From the NCBI GenBank assembly GCA_964016885.1, contig OZ024744.1, forward strand, positions 21,700,001 to 21,764,000: a DNA stretch of 64,000 nt. Reading direction: 5' to 3'. A model generated the notes under the pieces. That model saw nothing but the letters and a program-made list of their open reading frames with translations. It made no database searches and had not been told where the DNA came from. The DNA comes from Eledone cirrhosa. Lineage: Eukaryota. Below are positions 27,241-41,399 of this stretch, piece after piece. A program made the position numbers and the translations under genes. The first letter of the stretch is position 1. Each line of letters opens with the position of its first letter.

Positions 27241-29150
27241 TGTTAGAAGAGGTGACAGCCACAACAGCTATGACATCTTCAGACAGAAGAGGTGACAGCC
27301 ACAACCGCTATGACATCTTCAGAGAGAAGAGGTGACAGGCACAACAGCTATGACATTTTCAGACAGAAGAGGTGACAGCCGCAACAGCTATGACATCTTC
27401 AGACAGTTAGAAGAGGTGACAGCCACAACAGCTATGACATTTTTAGACAGTTAGAAGAGGTGACAGGAACAACTGGCTATGACATATTCATACAGTTAGA
27501 AGAGGTGACTTGCACAACAGCTATGACATCTTTAGACAGTTAGAAGAGGTGACAGCCACAACAGCTATGACATCTTCAGACAGTTAGAAGAGGTGACAGG
27601 AACAACAGCTATGACATCTTCAGACAGTGAGAAGAGGTGACAGCCACAACAGCTATGACATCTTCAGACAGAAGAGGTGACAGCCACAACAGCTATCACA
27701 TCTTCAGATAGAAGAGGTGACAGGCACAACAGCTATGACATCTTCAGACAGTTAGAAGACGTGACAGCCACAAGAGCTATGACGTCTTCAGACAGTTAGA
27801 AGAGGTGACAGCCACAACAGCTATGACATATTCAGACAAAAGAGGTGACAGGCACAACAGCGATGCCATCTTCAGAGAGTTAGAAGAGGTGACAGGCACA
27901 ACAGCTATGACGTCTTCAGACAGAAGAGGTGACAGACACAACAGCTAGGACGTCTGCAGACAGTTAGAAGAGGTGACAGGCACAAGAGCTATGACATCTT
28001 TGGACAGTTAGAAGAGGTGACAGCCACAGCATCTATGACATATTCAGACAGTTACAAGAGGTGACAGGCACAACAGCTATGACATATTCAGACAGTTAGA
28101 AGAGGTGACAGGAACAACAGCTATGACATCTTCAGACAGTTAGAAGAGGTGACAGGCAGAACAGCTATGACATCTTCAGACAGTTAGAAGAGGTGACAGC
28201 AACAACAGCTATGACATCTTCAGACAGTTAGAAGAGGTGACAGGCACAACAGCTATGACATCCTTAGACAGTTAGAAGAGGTGACAGCCACAACAGCGAT
28301 GACATCTTCAGAGAGTTAGAAGAGGTGACAGCCACAACAGCTATGACATCTTCATACAGTTAGAAGAGGTGACAGGCACAACAGCTATGACATCCTTAGA
28401 CAGTTAGAAGAGGTGACAGCCACAACAGCTATGACATCTTCAGTCAGTTAGAAGAGGTGACAAGCACAACAGCTATATCTTCAGACAGTTAGAAGAGGTG
28501 ACAGCAACAACAGCTATGACATCTTCAGACAGAAGAGGTGACAGCCACAAGAGCTATGACATCTTCAGACAGTTAGAAAAGGTCACAGCAACAACAGCTA
28601 TGACATCTTCAGACAGAAGAGGTGACAGCCACAACAGCTATGACATCTTCAGACAGTTAGAAGAGGTGACATCCACAACAGCTATGACATATTTAGACAG
28701 TTAGAAGAGGTGACAGCCACAAAAGCTATGACATCTTCAGACAGTTAGAAGAGGTGACAGCCACAACAGCTATGACATCTTTAGACAGTTAGAAGAGGTG
28801 ACAGGAACAACAGCTATGACATCTTCTGACAATTAGAAGATGTGACAGGCACAACAGCTATGACATCTTCAGACAGTTAGAAGAGGTGACAGGCACAACA
28901 GCTATGACGTCTTCAGACAGTTAGAAGAGGTGACAGCCACAACAGCTATGACATCTTTAGACAGTTAGAAGAGGTGACAGGAACAACAGCTATGACATCT
29001 TCAGACAGTTAGAAGAGGTGACAGGCACAACAGCTATGCCATCTTCAGACAGTTAGAAGAGGTGACAGCAACAACAGCTATGACATCTTCAGACAGAAGA
29101 GGTGACAGCCACAACAGCTATGACATCTTCAGCCAGTTAGAAGAGGTGAC
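27240..29150 (+). repeat. Transition zone with many rare or private monomer variants
   Basis: AACTGGCT (~27471, 45-bp monomer), CTAGGACGTCTGCAG (~27946), TTGGACAG (~28000), TCCTTAGAC (28261, 28393), AGCTATATCTT (~28471, 41-bp monomer). Confidence 0.7.
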
Positions 29151-32100
29151 AGGCACAACAGCTATGACATCTTCAGAATGAAGAGGTGACAGGCACAACA
29201 GCTATGACATCTACAGACAGAAGAGGTGACAGCAATAACAGCTATGGCATATTCAGACAGTTAGAAGAGGTGACAGCCACAACAGCTATGACATCTTCAG
29301 ACAGTTATAAGATGTGACAGCCACAACAGCTATGACATATTCAGACCATAGAGGTGACAGGCACATCAGCTATGACATCTACAGACAGAAGAGGTGACAG
29401 CCACAACAGCTATGACATCTTCAGACAGTTAGAAAAGGTGACAGCCACAACAGCTATGACATATTTAGACAGTTAGAAGAGGTTACAGGCACAACAGCTA
29501 TGACATCTTCAGACAGTTAGAAGAGTTGACAGGCACAATAGCTATGGCATCTTTAGACAGTTAGAAGAGGTGTCAGGCACAACAGCTATGACATCTTCAG
29601 ACAGTTAGAAGAGGTGAAAGGCACAACATCTATGACATTTTCAGACAGTTAGAAGAGGTGACAGCCAAAGCAGCTATGACATCTTCAGACAGTTAGAAGA
29701 GGTGACAGCCACAACAGCTATGACATCTTTAGACAGTTAGAAGAGGCGACAGGCACAACAGCTATGACATCTTCAGACAGTTAGAAGAGGTGACAGCAAC
29801 AACAGCTATGACATCTTCAGACAGAAGAGACGACAGCCACAACAGCTATGACATCTTCAGACAGTTAGAAGAGGTGACAGGCACAACAGCTATGACATCT
29901 TTAGACAGTTAGAAGAGGTGACAGCCACCACAGCTATGAGATATTCAGACAGTTAGAATAGGTGACAGGCACAACAGCTATGACATCTTCAGACAGTTAG
30001 AAGTGGTGACAGGCACAACAGCTATGACATCTTCAGACAGTTAGAAGAGGTGACAGGCACAACAGCTATGACATCTTCAGACAGTTAGAAGAGGTGACAG
30101 CCACAACAGCTATGACATCTTTAGACAGTTAGAAGAGGTGACAGCTGAAACAGCTATGACATCTTTAGACAGTTAGAAGAGGTGACAGCCACAACAGCTA
30201 TGACATCTTTAGACAGTTAGAAGAGGTGACAGCCACAACAGCTATGACATCTACAGACAGTTAGAAGAGGTGACAGCCACAACAGCTATGACATCTTCAG
30301 ACAGTTATAAGATGTGACAGCCACAACAGCTATGACATATTCAGACAGAAGAGGTGACAGGCACATCAGCTATGACATCTACAGACAGAAGAGGTGACAG
30401 CCACAACAGCTATGACATCTTCAGACAGTTAGAAGAGGTGACAGCAACAACAGCTATGACATTTCAGACAGTTAGAAGAGGTGACAGGCACAACAGCCAT
30501 GACATCTTTAGTCAGTTAGAAGAGGTGACAGCCACAACAGCTATGACATCTTTAGACAGTTAGAAGAGGTGACAGGAACAACAGCTATGACATCTTCAGA
30601 CAGTTAGAAGAGGTGAAAGGCACAACATCTATGACATTTTCAGACAGTTAGAAGAGGTGACAGCAACAACAGCTATGACATCTTTAGTCAGTTAGAAGAG
30701 GTGACAGCTACAACAGCTATGACATCTTCAGACAGTTAGAAGAGGTGACAGCCAAAGCAGCTATGACATCTTCAGACAGTTAGAAGAGGTGACAGCCACA
30801 ACAGCTATGACATCTTCAGACAGTTAGAAGAGGTGACAGCAACAACAGCTATGACATCTTCAGACAGAAGAGACGACAGCCACAACAGCTATGACATCTT
30901 CAGACAGTTAGAAGAGGTGACAGGCACAACAGCTATGACATCTTTAGACAGTTAGAAGAGGTGACAGGCACAACAGCTATGACATCTTCAGAATGAAGAG
31001 GTGACAGGCACAACAGCTATGACATCTACAGACAGAAGAGGTGACAGCAATAACAGCTATGGCATATTCAGACAGTTAGAAGAGGTGACAGCCACAACAG
31101 CTATGACATCTTCAGACAGTTATAAGATGTGACAGCCACAACAGCTATGACATATTCAGACCATAGAGGTGACAGGCACATCAGCTATGACATCTACAGA
31201 CAGAAGAGGTGACAGCCACAACAGCTATGACATCTTCAGACAGTTAGAAAAGGTGACAGCCACAACAGCTATGACATATTTAGACAGTTAGAAGAGGTTA
31301 CAGGCACAACAGCTATGACATCTTCAGACAGTTAGAAGAGTTGACAGGCACAATAGCTATGGCATCTTTAGACAGTTAGAAGAGGTGTCAGGCACAACAG
31401 CTATGACATCTTCAGACAGTTAGAAGAGGTGAAAGGCACAACATCTATGACATTTTCAGACAGTTAGAAGAGGTGACAGCCAAAGCAGCTATGACATCTT
31501 CAGACAGTTAGAAGAGGTGACAGCCACAACAGCTATGACATCTTTAGACAGTTAGAAGAGGCGACAGGCACAACAGCTATGACATCTTCAGACAGTTAGA
31601 AGAGGTGACAGCAACAACAGCTATGACATCTTCAGACAGAAGAGACGACAGCCACAACAGCTATGACATCTTCAGACAGTTAGAAGAGGTGACAGGCACA
31701 ACAGCTATGACATCTTTAGACAGTTAGAAGAGGTGACAGCCACCACAGCTATGAGATATTCAGACAGTTAGAATAGGTGACAGGCACAACAGCTATGACA
31801 TCTTCAGACAGTTAGAAGTGGTGACAGGCACAACAGCTATGACATCTTCAGACAGTTAGAAGAGGTGACAGGCACAACAGCTATGACATCTTCAGACAGT
31901 TAGAAGAGGTGACAGCAACAACAGTTATGACATCTTCAGACAGTTAGAAGAGGTGACAGCCACAACAGCTATGACATCTTTAGACAGTTAGAAGAGGTGA
32001 CAGCTGAAACAGCTATGACATCTTTAGACAGTTAGAAGAGGGGACAGCCACAACAGCTATGACATCTTTAGACAGTTAGAAGAGGTGACAGCCACAACAG

Positions 32101-32780
32101 CTATGACATCTACAGACAGTTAGAAGAGGTGACAGCCACAACAGCTATGACATCTTCAGACAGTTATAAGATGTGACAGCCACAACAGCTATGACATATT
32201 CAGACAGAAGAGGTGACAGGCACATCAGCTATGACATCTACAGACAGAAGAGGTGACAGCCACAACAGCTATGACATCTTCAGACAGTTAGAAGAGGTGA
32301 CAGCAACAACAGCTATGACATTTCAGACAGTTAGAAGAGGTGACAGGCACAACAGCCATGACATCTTTAGTCAGTTAGAAGAGGTGACAGCCACAACAGC
32401 TATGACATCTTTAGACAGTTAGAAGAGGTGACAGGAACAACAGCTATGACATCTTCAGACAGTTAGAAGAGGTGAAAGGCACAACATCTATGACATTTTC
32501 AGACAGTTAGAAGAGGTGACAGCCAAAGCAGCTATGACATCTTCAGACAGTTAGAAGAGGTGACAGCCACAACAGCTATGACATCTTTAGACAGTTAGAA
32601 GAGGCGACAGGCACAACAGCTATGACATCTTCAGACAGTTAGAAGAGGTGACAGCAACAACAGCTATGACATCTTCAGACAGAAGAGACGACAGCCACAA
32701 CAGCTATGACATCTTCAGACAGTTAGAAGAGGTGACAGGCACAACAGCTATGACATCTTTAGACAGTTAGAAGAGGTGAC
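29140..32780 (+). repeat. Tandem higher-order duplication, period 1815/1859 bp
   Basis: GAATGAAG at 29176/30991 and GACCATAG at 29344/31159 (1815). Identical ORFs 30354/32213 (1859, after one extra 44-mer near 31915). Confidence 0.87.
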
Positions 32781-34329
32781 AGCCACCACAGCTATGAGAT
32801 ATTCAGACAGTTAGAATAGGTGACAGGCACAACAGCTATGACATCTTCAGACAGTTAGAAGTGGTGACAGGCACAACAGCTATGACATCTTCAGACAGTT
32901 AGAAGAGGTGACAGGCACAACAGCTATGACATCTTCAGACAGTTAGAAGAGGTGACAGCAACAACAGTTATGACATCTTCAGACAGTTAGAAGAGGTGAC
33001 AGCCACAACAGCTATGACATCTTTAGACAGTTAGAAGAGGTGACAGCTGAAACAGCTATGACATCTTTAGACAGTTAGAAGAGGTGACAGCCACAACAGC
33101 TATGACATCTTCAGACAGAAGAGGTGACAGCCACAAGAGCTATGACATCTTCAGACAGTTAGAAAAGGTCACAGCAACAACAGCTATGACATCTTCAGAC
33201 AGAAGAGGTGACAGCCACAACAGCTATGACATCTTCAGACAGTTAGAAGAGGTGACATCCACAACAGCTATGACATATTTAGACAGTTAGAAGAGGTGAC
33301 AGCCACAAAAGCTATGACATCTTCAGACAGTTAGAAGAGGTGACAGCCACAACAGCTATGACATCTTTAGACAGTTAGAAGAGGTGACAGGAACAACAGC
33401 TATGACATCTTCTGACAATTAGAAGATGTGACAGGCACAACAGCTATGACATCTTCAGACAGTTAGAAGAGGTGACAGGCACAACAGCTATGACGTCTTC
33501 AGACAGTTAGAAGAGGTGACAGCCACAACAGCTATGACATCTTTAGACAGTTAGAAGAGGTGACAGGAACAACAGCTATGACATCTTTAGACAGTTAGAA
33601 GAGGTGACAGCTGAAACAGCTATGACATCTTTAGACAGTTAGAAGAGGTGACAGCCACAACAGCTATGACATCTTTAGACAGTTAGAAGAGGTGACAGCC
33701 ACAACAGCTATGACATCTACAGACAGTTAGAAGAGGTGACAGCCACAACAGCTATGACATCTTCAGACAGTTATTAGATGTGACAGCCACAACAGCTATG
33801 ACATATTCAGACAGAAGAGGTGACAGGCACATCAGCTATGACATCTACAGACAGAAGAGGTGACAGCCACAACAGCTATGACATCTTCAGACAGTTAGAA
33901 GAGGTGACAGCAACAACAGCTATGACATTTCAGACAGTTAGAAGAGGTGACAGGCACAACAGCCAGGACATCTTTAGTCAGTTAGATAGGTGACAGCCAC
34001 AACAGCTATGACATCTTTAGACAGTTAGAAGAGGTGACAGGCACAACAGCTATGACGTCTTCAGACAGTTAGAAGAGGTGACAGGCACAACAGCTATGAC
34101 ATCTTCAGACAGTTAGAAGAGGTGACAGCAACAACAGCTATGACATCTTCAGACAGAAGAGGTGACAGCCACAACAGCTATGACATCTTCAGACAGTTAG
34201 AAGAGGTGACAGGCACAACAGCTATGACATCTTTAGACAGTTAGAAGAGGTGACAGCCACCACAGCTATGAGATATTCAGACAGTTAGAAGAGGTGACAG
34301 GCACAACAGCTATGACATCTTCAGACAGT

Positions 34330-36780
34330 TAGAAGAGGTGACAGGAACAACAGGTATGACATCTTTAGACAGATAGAAGAGATTACAGGAACAACAGCTA
34401 TGACATCTTCAGAATGAAGAGGTGACAGGCACAACAGCTATGACATCTACAGACAGAAGAGGTGACAGCAACAACAGCTATGGCATATTCAGACAGTTAG
34501 AAGAGGTGACAGCCACAACAGCTATGACATATTCAGACAGAAGAGGTGACAGGCACATCAGCTATGACATCTACAGACAGAAGAGGTGACAGCCACAACA
34601 GCTATGACATCTTCAGACAGTTAGAAGAGGTGACAGGCACAAAATCTATGACATTTTCAGACAGTTAGAAGAGGTGACAGCCAAAGCAGCTATGACATCT
34701 TCAGACAGTTAGAAGAGGTGACAGCCACAACAGCTATGACATCTTTAGACAGTTAGAAGAGGCGACAGGAACAACAGCTATGACATCTTCAGACAGTTAG
34801 AAGAGGTAACAGGCACAACAGCTACGACAGCTTCAGACAGTTAGAAGAGGTGACAGCAACAACAGCTATGACATCTTCAGACAGTTAGAAGAGGTGACAG
34901 CAACAACAGCTATGACATCTTCAGACAGAAGAGGGGACAGCCATCACAGCTATGAGATATTCAGACAGTTAGAAGAGGTGACAGGCACAACAGCTATGAC
35001 ATCTTCAGACAGTTAGAAGAGGTGACAGCCACAACAGCTATGGCATATTCAGACAGTTAGAAGAGGTGACAGCCACAACAGCTATGACATCTTCAGACAG
35101 TTATAAGATGTGACAGCCACAACAGCTATGACATATTCAGACAGAAGAGGTGACAGGCACATCAGCTATGACATCTACAGACAGAAGAGGTGACAGCCAC
35201 AACAGCTATGACATCTTCAGACAGTTAGAAGAGGTGACAGGCACAACATCTATGACATTCTCAGACAGTTAGAAGAGGTGACAGCCAAAGCAGCTATGAC
35301 ATCTTCAGACAGTTAGAAGAGGTGACAGCCACAACAGCTATGACATCTTTAGACAGTTAGAAGAGGCGACAGGCACAACAGCTATGACATCTTCAGACAG
35401 TTAGAAGAGGTGACTGACACAACAGCTATGACGTCTTTAGACAGTTAGAATAGGTGACAGGAACAACAGCTATGACATCTTCAGACAGTTAGAAGAGGTG
35501 ACAGCAACAACAGCTATGACATCTTCAGACAGAAGAGGGGACAGCCATCACAGCTATGAGATATTCAGACAGTTAGAAGAGGTGACAGGAACAACAGGTA
35601 TGACATCTTTAGACAGATAGAAGAGATTACAGGAACAACAGCTATGACATCTTCAGAATGAAGAGGTGACAGGCACAACAGCTATGACATCTACAGACAG
35701 AAGAGGTGACAGCAACAACAGCTATGGCATATTCAGACAGTTAGAAGAGGTGACAGCCACAACAGCTATGACATATTCAGACAGAAGAGGTGACAGGCAC
35801 ATCAGCTATGACATCTACAGACAGAAGAGGTGACAGCCACAACAGCTATGACATCTTCAGACAGTTAGAAGAGGTGACAGGCACAAAATCTATGACATTT
35901 TCAGACAGTTAGAAGAGGTGACAGCCAAAGCAGCTATGACATCTTCAGACAGTTAGAAGAGGTGACAGCCACAACAGCTATGACATCTTTAGACAGTTAG
36001 AAGAGGCGACAGGAACAACAGCTATGACATCTTCAGACAGTTAGAAGAGGTAACAGGCACAACAGCTACGACAGCTTCAGACAGTTAGAAGAGGTGACAG
36101 CAACAACAGCTATGACATCTTCAGACAGTTAGAAGAGGTGATAGCAACAACAGCTATGACATCTTCAGACAGAAGAGGGGACAGCCATCACAGCTATGAG
36201 ATATTCAGACAGTTAGAAGAGGTGACAGGCACAACAGCTATGACATCTTCAGACAGTTAGAAGAGGTGACAGCCACAACAGCTATGGCATATTCAGACAG
36301 TTAGAAGAGGTGACAGCCACAACAGCTATGACATCTTCAGACAGTTATAAGATGTGACAGCCACAACAGCTATGACATATTCAGACAGAAGAGGTGACAG
36401 GCACATCAGCTATGACATCTACAGACAGAAGAGGTGACAGCCACAACAGCTATGACATCTTCAGACAGTTAGAAGAGGTGACAGGCACAACATCTATGAC
36501 ATTCTCAGACAGTTAGAAGAGGTGACAGCCAAAGCAGCTATGACATCTTCAGACAGTTAGAAGAGGTGACAGCCACAAAAGCTATGACATCTTTAGACAG
36601 TTAGAAGAGGCGACAGGCACAACAGCTATGACATCTTCAGACAGTTAGAAGAGGTGACTGACACAACAGCTATGACGTCTTTAGACAGTTAGAATAGGTG
36701 ACAGGAACAACAGCTATGACATCTTCAGACAGTTAGAAGAGGTGACAGCAACAACAGCTATGACATCTTCAGACAGAAGA
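34330..36780 (+). repeat. Tandem higher-order duplication, period 1244 bp
   Basis: AGATAGAAGAGATTAC at 34371/35615, CTACGACAGCTTC at 34822/36066, GTGACTGACAC at 35410/36654. Confidence 0.9.
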
Positions 36781-38879
36781 GGTGACAGCGAAAAGAGCTA
36801 TGACATCTTCAGACAGTTAGAAGAGCTGACAGGCACAACAGCTATGACATCTTTAGACAGTTAGAAGAGGTGACAGCCACAACAGCTATGACATATTCAG
36901 ACAGTTAGAAGAGGTGACAGGCACAACAGCTATGAGATCTTCAGACAGAAGAGGTGACAGCCACAACAGCTATGACATCTTCAGAGAGTAGAGGTGACAG
37001 GCACAACAGCTATAACATCTACAGACAGAAGAGGAGACAGCCACTACAGCTATGACATATTCAGACAGTTAAAAGAGGTGACAGGCACAACAGCTATGAC
37101 ATCTTCAGACAGTTAGAAGATGTGACAGGAACAGCAGCTATGGCGTCTACAGACAGTTAGAAGAGGTGACAGGCACAACAGCTATGACATCTTCAGACAG
37201 TTAGAAGAGGTGACAGCAACAACAGCTATGACATCTTCAGACAGAAGAGGTGACAGCCACCACAGCTATGAGATATTCAGACAGTTAGAAGAGGTGACAG
37301 GCACAACAGCTATGACATCTTCAGGCAGTTAGAAGAGGTGACAGCCACAACAGCTATGGCATCTTTAGACAGTTAGAAGAGGTGACAGCTGAAACAGCTA
37401 TGACATCTTTAGACAGTTAGAAGAGGTGACAGCCACAACAGCTATGACATCTTTAGACAGTTAGAAGAGGTGACAGGCACAACAGCTATGACATCTTCAG
37501 ACAGTTAGAAGAGGTGACAGCTACGACAGCTATGACATCTTCAGACAGTTATAAGATGTGACAGCCACAACAGCTATGACATATTCAGACAGAAGAGGTG
37601 ACAGGCACATCAGCTTTGACATCTACAGACAGAAGAGGTGACATCCACAACAGCTATGACATTTCAGACAGTTAGAAGAGGTGAGAGGCACAACAGCCAT
37701 GACATCTTTAGTCAGTTAGAAGAGGTGACAGCCACAACAGCTATGACATCTTTAGACAGTTAGAAGAGGTGACAGGCACAACAGCTATGACATCTTCAGA
37801 CAGTTAGAAGAGGTGACAGCAACAACAGCTATGACATTTTCAGACAGAAGAGGTGACAGCCACAACAGCTATGACATCTTCAGACAGTTAGAAGAGGTGA
37901 CAGGCACGACAGCTATGACATCTTTAGACAGTTAGAAGAGGTGACAGCCACCACAGCTATGAGATATTCAGACAGTTAGAAGAGGTGACAGGCACAACAG
38001 CTATGACATCTTCAGACAGTTAGAAGAGGTGACAGGAACAACAGGTATGACATCTTTAGACAGTTAGAAGAGGTTACAGGAACAACAGCTATGACATCTT
38101 CAGAATGAAGAGGTGACAGGCACAACAGCTATGACATCTACAGACAGAAGAGGTGACAGCAACAACAGCTATGGCATATTCAGACAGTTAGAAGAGGTGA
38201 CAGCCACAACAGCTATGACATATTCAGACAGAAGAGGTGACAGGCACATCAGCTATGACATCTACAGACAGAAGAGGTGACAGCCACAACAGCTATGACA
38301 TCTTCAGACAGTTAGAAATGATGACAGGCACAACAGCCATGACATCTTTAGTCAGTTAGAAGAGGTGACAGCCACAACAGCTATGACATATTTAGACAGT
38401 TAGAAGAGGTTACAGGCACAACAGCTATGACATCTTCAGACAGTTAGAAGAGGTGACAGGCACAATAGCTATGACATATTTAGACAGTTAGAAGAGGTGA
38501 CAGGCACAACAGCTATGACATCTTCAGACAGTTAGAAGAGGTGACAGGCACAACATCTATGACATTTTCAGACAGTTAGAAGAGGTGACAGCCAAAGCAG
38601 CTATGACATCTTCAGACAGTTAGAAGAGGTGACAGCCACAACAGCTATGACGTCTTTAGACAGTTAGAAGAGGTGACAGGAACAACAGCTATGACATCTT
38701 CAGACAGTTAGAAGAGGTAACAGGCACAACAGCTATGACATCTTCAGACAGTTAGAAGAGGTGACAGCAACAACAGCTATGACATCTTCAGAGAGAAGAG
38801 GGGACAGCCATCACAGCTATGAGATATTCAGACAGTTAGAAGAGGTGACAGGCACAACAGCTATGACATCTTCAGACAG

Positions 38880-41200
38880 TTAGAAGAGGTGACAGCCACA
38901 ACAGCTATGGCATATTCAGACAGTTAGAAGAGGTGACAGCCACAACAGCTATGACATCTTCAGACAGTTATAAGATGTGACAGCCACAACAGCTATGACA
39001 TATTCAGACAGAAGAGGTGACAGGCACATCAGCTATGACATCTACAGACAGAAGAGGTGACAGCCACAACAGCTATGACATCTTCAGACAGTTAGAAGAG
39101 GTGACAGGCACAACATCTATGACATTTTCAGACAGTTAGAAGAGGTGACAGCCAAAGCAGCTATGACATCTTCAGACAGTTAGAAGAGGTGACAGCCACA
39201 ATAGCTATGACATCTTTAGACAGTTAGAAGAGGCGACAGGCACAACAGCTATGACATCTTCAGACAGTTAGAAGAGGTGACAGCCACAACAGCTATGACG
39301 TCTTTAGACAGTTAGAAGAGGTGACAGGAACAACAGCTATGACATCTTCAGACAGAAGAGGTGACAGCGAAAAGAGCTATGACATCTTCAGACAGTTAGA
39401 AGAGCTGACAGGCACAACAGCTATGACATCTTTAGACAGTTAGAAGAGGTGACAGCCACAACAGCTATGACATATTCAGACAGTTAGAAGAGGTGACAGG
39501 CACAACAGCTATGAGATCTTCAGACAGAAGAGGTGACAGCCACAACAGCTATGACATCTTCAGAGAGAAGAGGTGACAGGCACAACAGCTATAACATCTA
39601 CAGACAGAAGAGGAGACAGCCACTACAGCTATGACATATTCAGATAGTTAAAAGAGGTGACAGCCACAACAGCTATGACATCTTCAGACAGTTAGAAGAT
39701 GTGACAGGAACAGCAGCTATGACGTCTACAGACAGTTAGAAGAGGTGACAGGCACAACAGCTATGACATCTTCAGACAGTTAGAAGAGGTGACAGCAACA
39801 ACAGCTATGACATCTTCAGACAGAAGAGGTGACAGCCACCACAGCTATGAGATATTCAGACAGTTAGAAGAGGTGACAGGCACAACAGCTATGTCATCTT
39901 CAGACAGTTAGAAGAGGTGACAGCCACAACAGCTATGGCATCTTTAGACAGTTAGAAGAGGTGACAGCTGAAACAGCTATGACATCTTTAGACAGTTAGA
40001 AGAGGTGACAGCGACAACAGCTATGACATCTTCAGACAGTTAGAAGAGGTGACAGCCACAACAGCTATGGCATATTCAGACAGTTAGAAGAGGTGACAGC
40101 CACAACAGCTATGACATCTTCAGACAGTTATAAGATGTGACAGCCACAACAGCTATGACATATTCAGACAGAAGAGGTGACAGGCACATCAGCTATGACA
40201 TCTACAGACAGAAGAGGTGACAGCCACAACAGCTGTGACATCTTCAGACAGTTAGAAGAGGTGACAGGCACAACATCTATGACATTTTCAGACAGTTAGA
40301 AGAGGTGACAGCCAAAGCAGCTATGACATCTTCAGACAGTTAGAAGAGGTGACAGCCACAATAGCTATGACATCTTTAGACAGTTAGAAGAGGCGACAGG
40401 CACAACAGCTATGACATCTTCAGACAGTTAGAAGAGGTGACAGCCACAACAGCTATGACGTCTTTAGACAGTTAGAAGAGGTGACAGGAACAACAGCTAT
40501 GACATCTTCAGACAGTTAGAAGAGGTGACAGCAACAACAGCTATGACATCTTCAGACAGAAGAGGTGACAGCGAAAAGAGCTATGACATCTTCAGACAGT
40601 TAGAAGAGCTGACAGGCACAACAGCTATGACATCTTTAGACAGTTAGAAGAGGTGACAGCCACAACAGCTATGACATATTCAGACAGTTAGAAGAGGTGA
40701 CAGGCACAACAGCTATGAGATCTTCAGACAGAAGAGGTGACAGCCACAACAGCTATGACATCTTCAGAGAGAAGAGGTGACAGGCACAACAGCTATAACA
40801 TCTACAGACAGAAGAGGAGACAGCCACTACAGCTATGACATATTCAGATAGTTAAAAGAGGTGACAGCCACAACAGCTATGACATCTTCAGACAGTTAGA
40901 AGATGTGACAGGAACAGCAGCTATGACATCTTCAGACAGTTAGAAGAAGTGACAGCAACAACAGCCATGACATCTTCAGACAGAAGAGGTGACAGCCACC
41001 ACAGCTATGAGATATTCAGACAGTTAGAAGAGGTGACAGGCACAACAGCTATGTCATCTTCAGACAGTTAGAAGAGGTGACAGCCACAACAGCTATGGCA
41101 TCTTTAGACAGTTAGAAGAGGTGACAGCTGAAACAGCTATGACATCTTTAGACAGTTAGAAGAGGTGACAGCCACAACAGCTATGACATCTTTAGACAGT
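38880..41200 (+). repeat. Tandem higher-order duplication, period ~1160-1204 bp
   Basis: GCGAAAAGAGC at 39367/40571 (1204) and ATGTCATC at 39891/41051 (1160). Confidence 0.82.
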
Positions 41201-41399
41201 TAGAAGAGGTGACAGACACAACAGCTGTGACATCTTTAGACAGTTAGAAGCGGTGACAGCCACAACAGCTATGATATCTTCAGACAGTTAGAAGAGGTGA
41301 CAGCCACAACAGCTATGACATATTCAGACAGTTAGAAGAGGTGACAGCCACGACAGCTATGACATCTTCAGACAGTTATAAGATGTGACAGCCACAACA

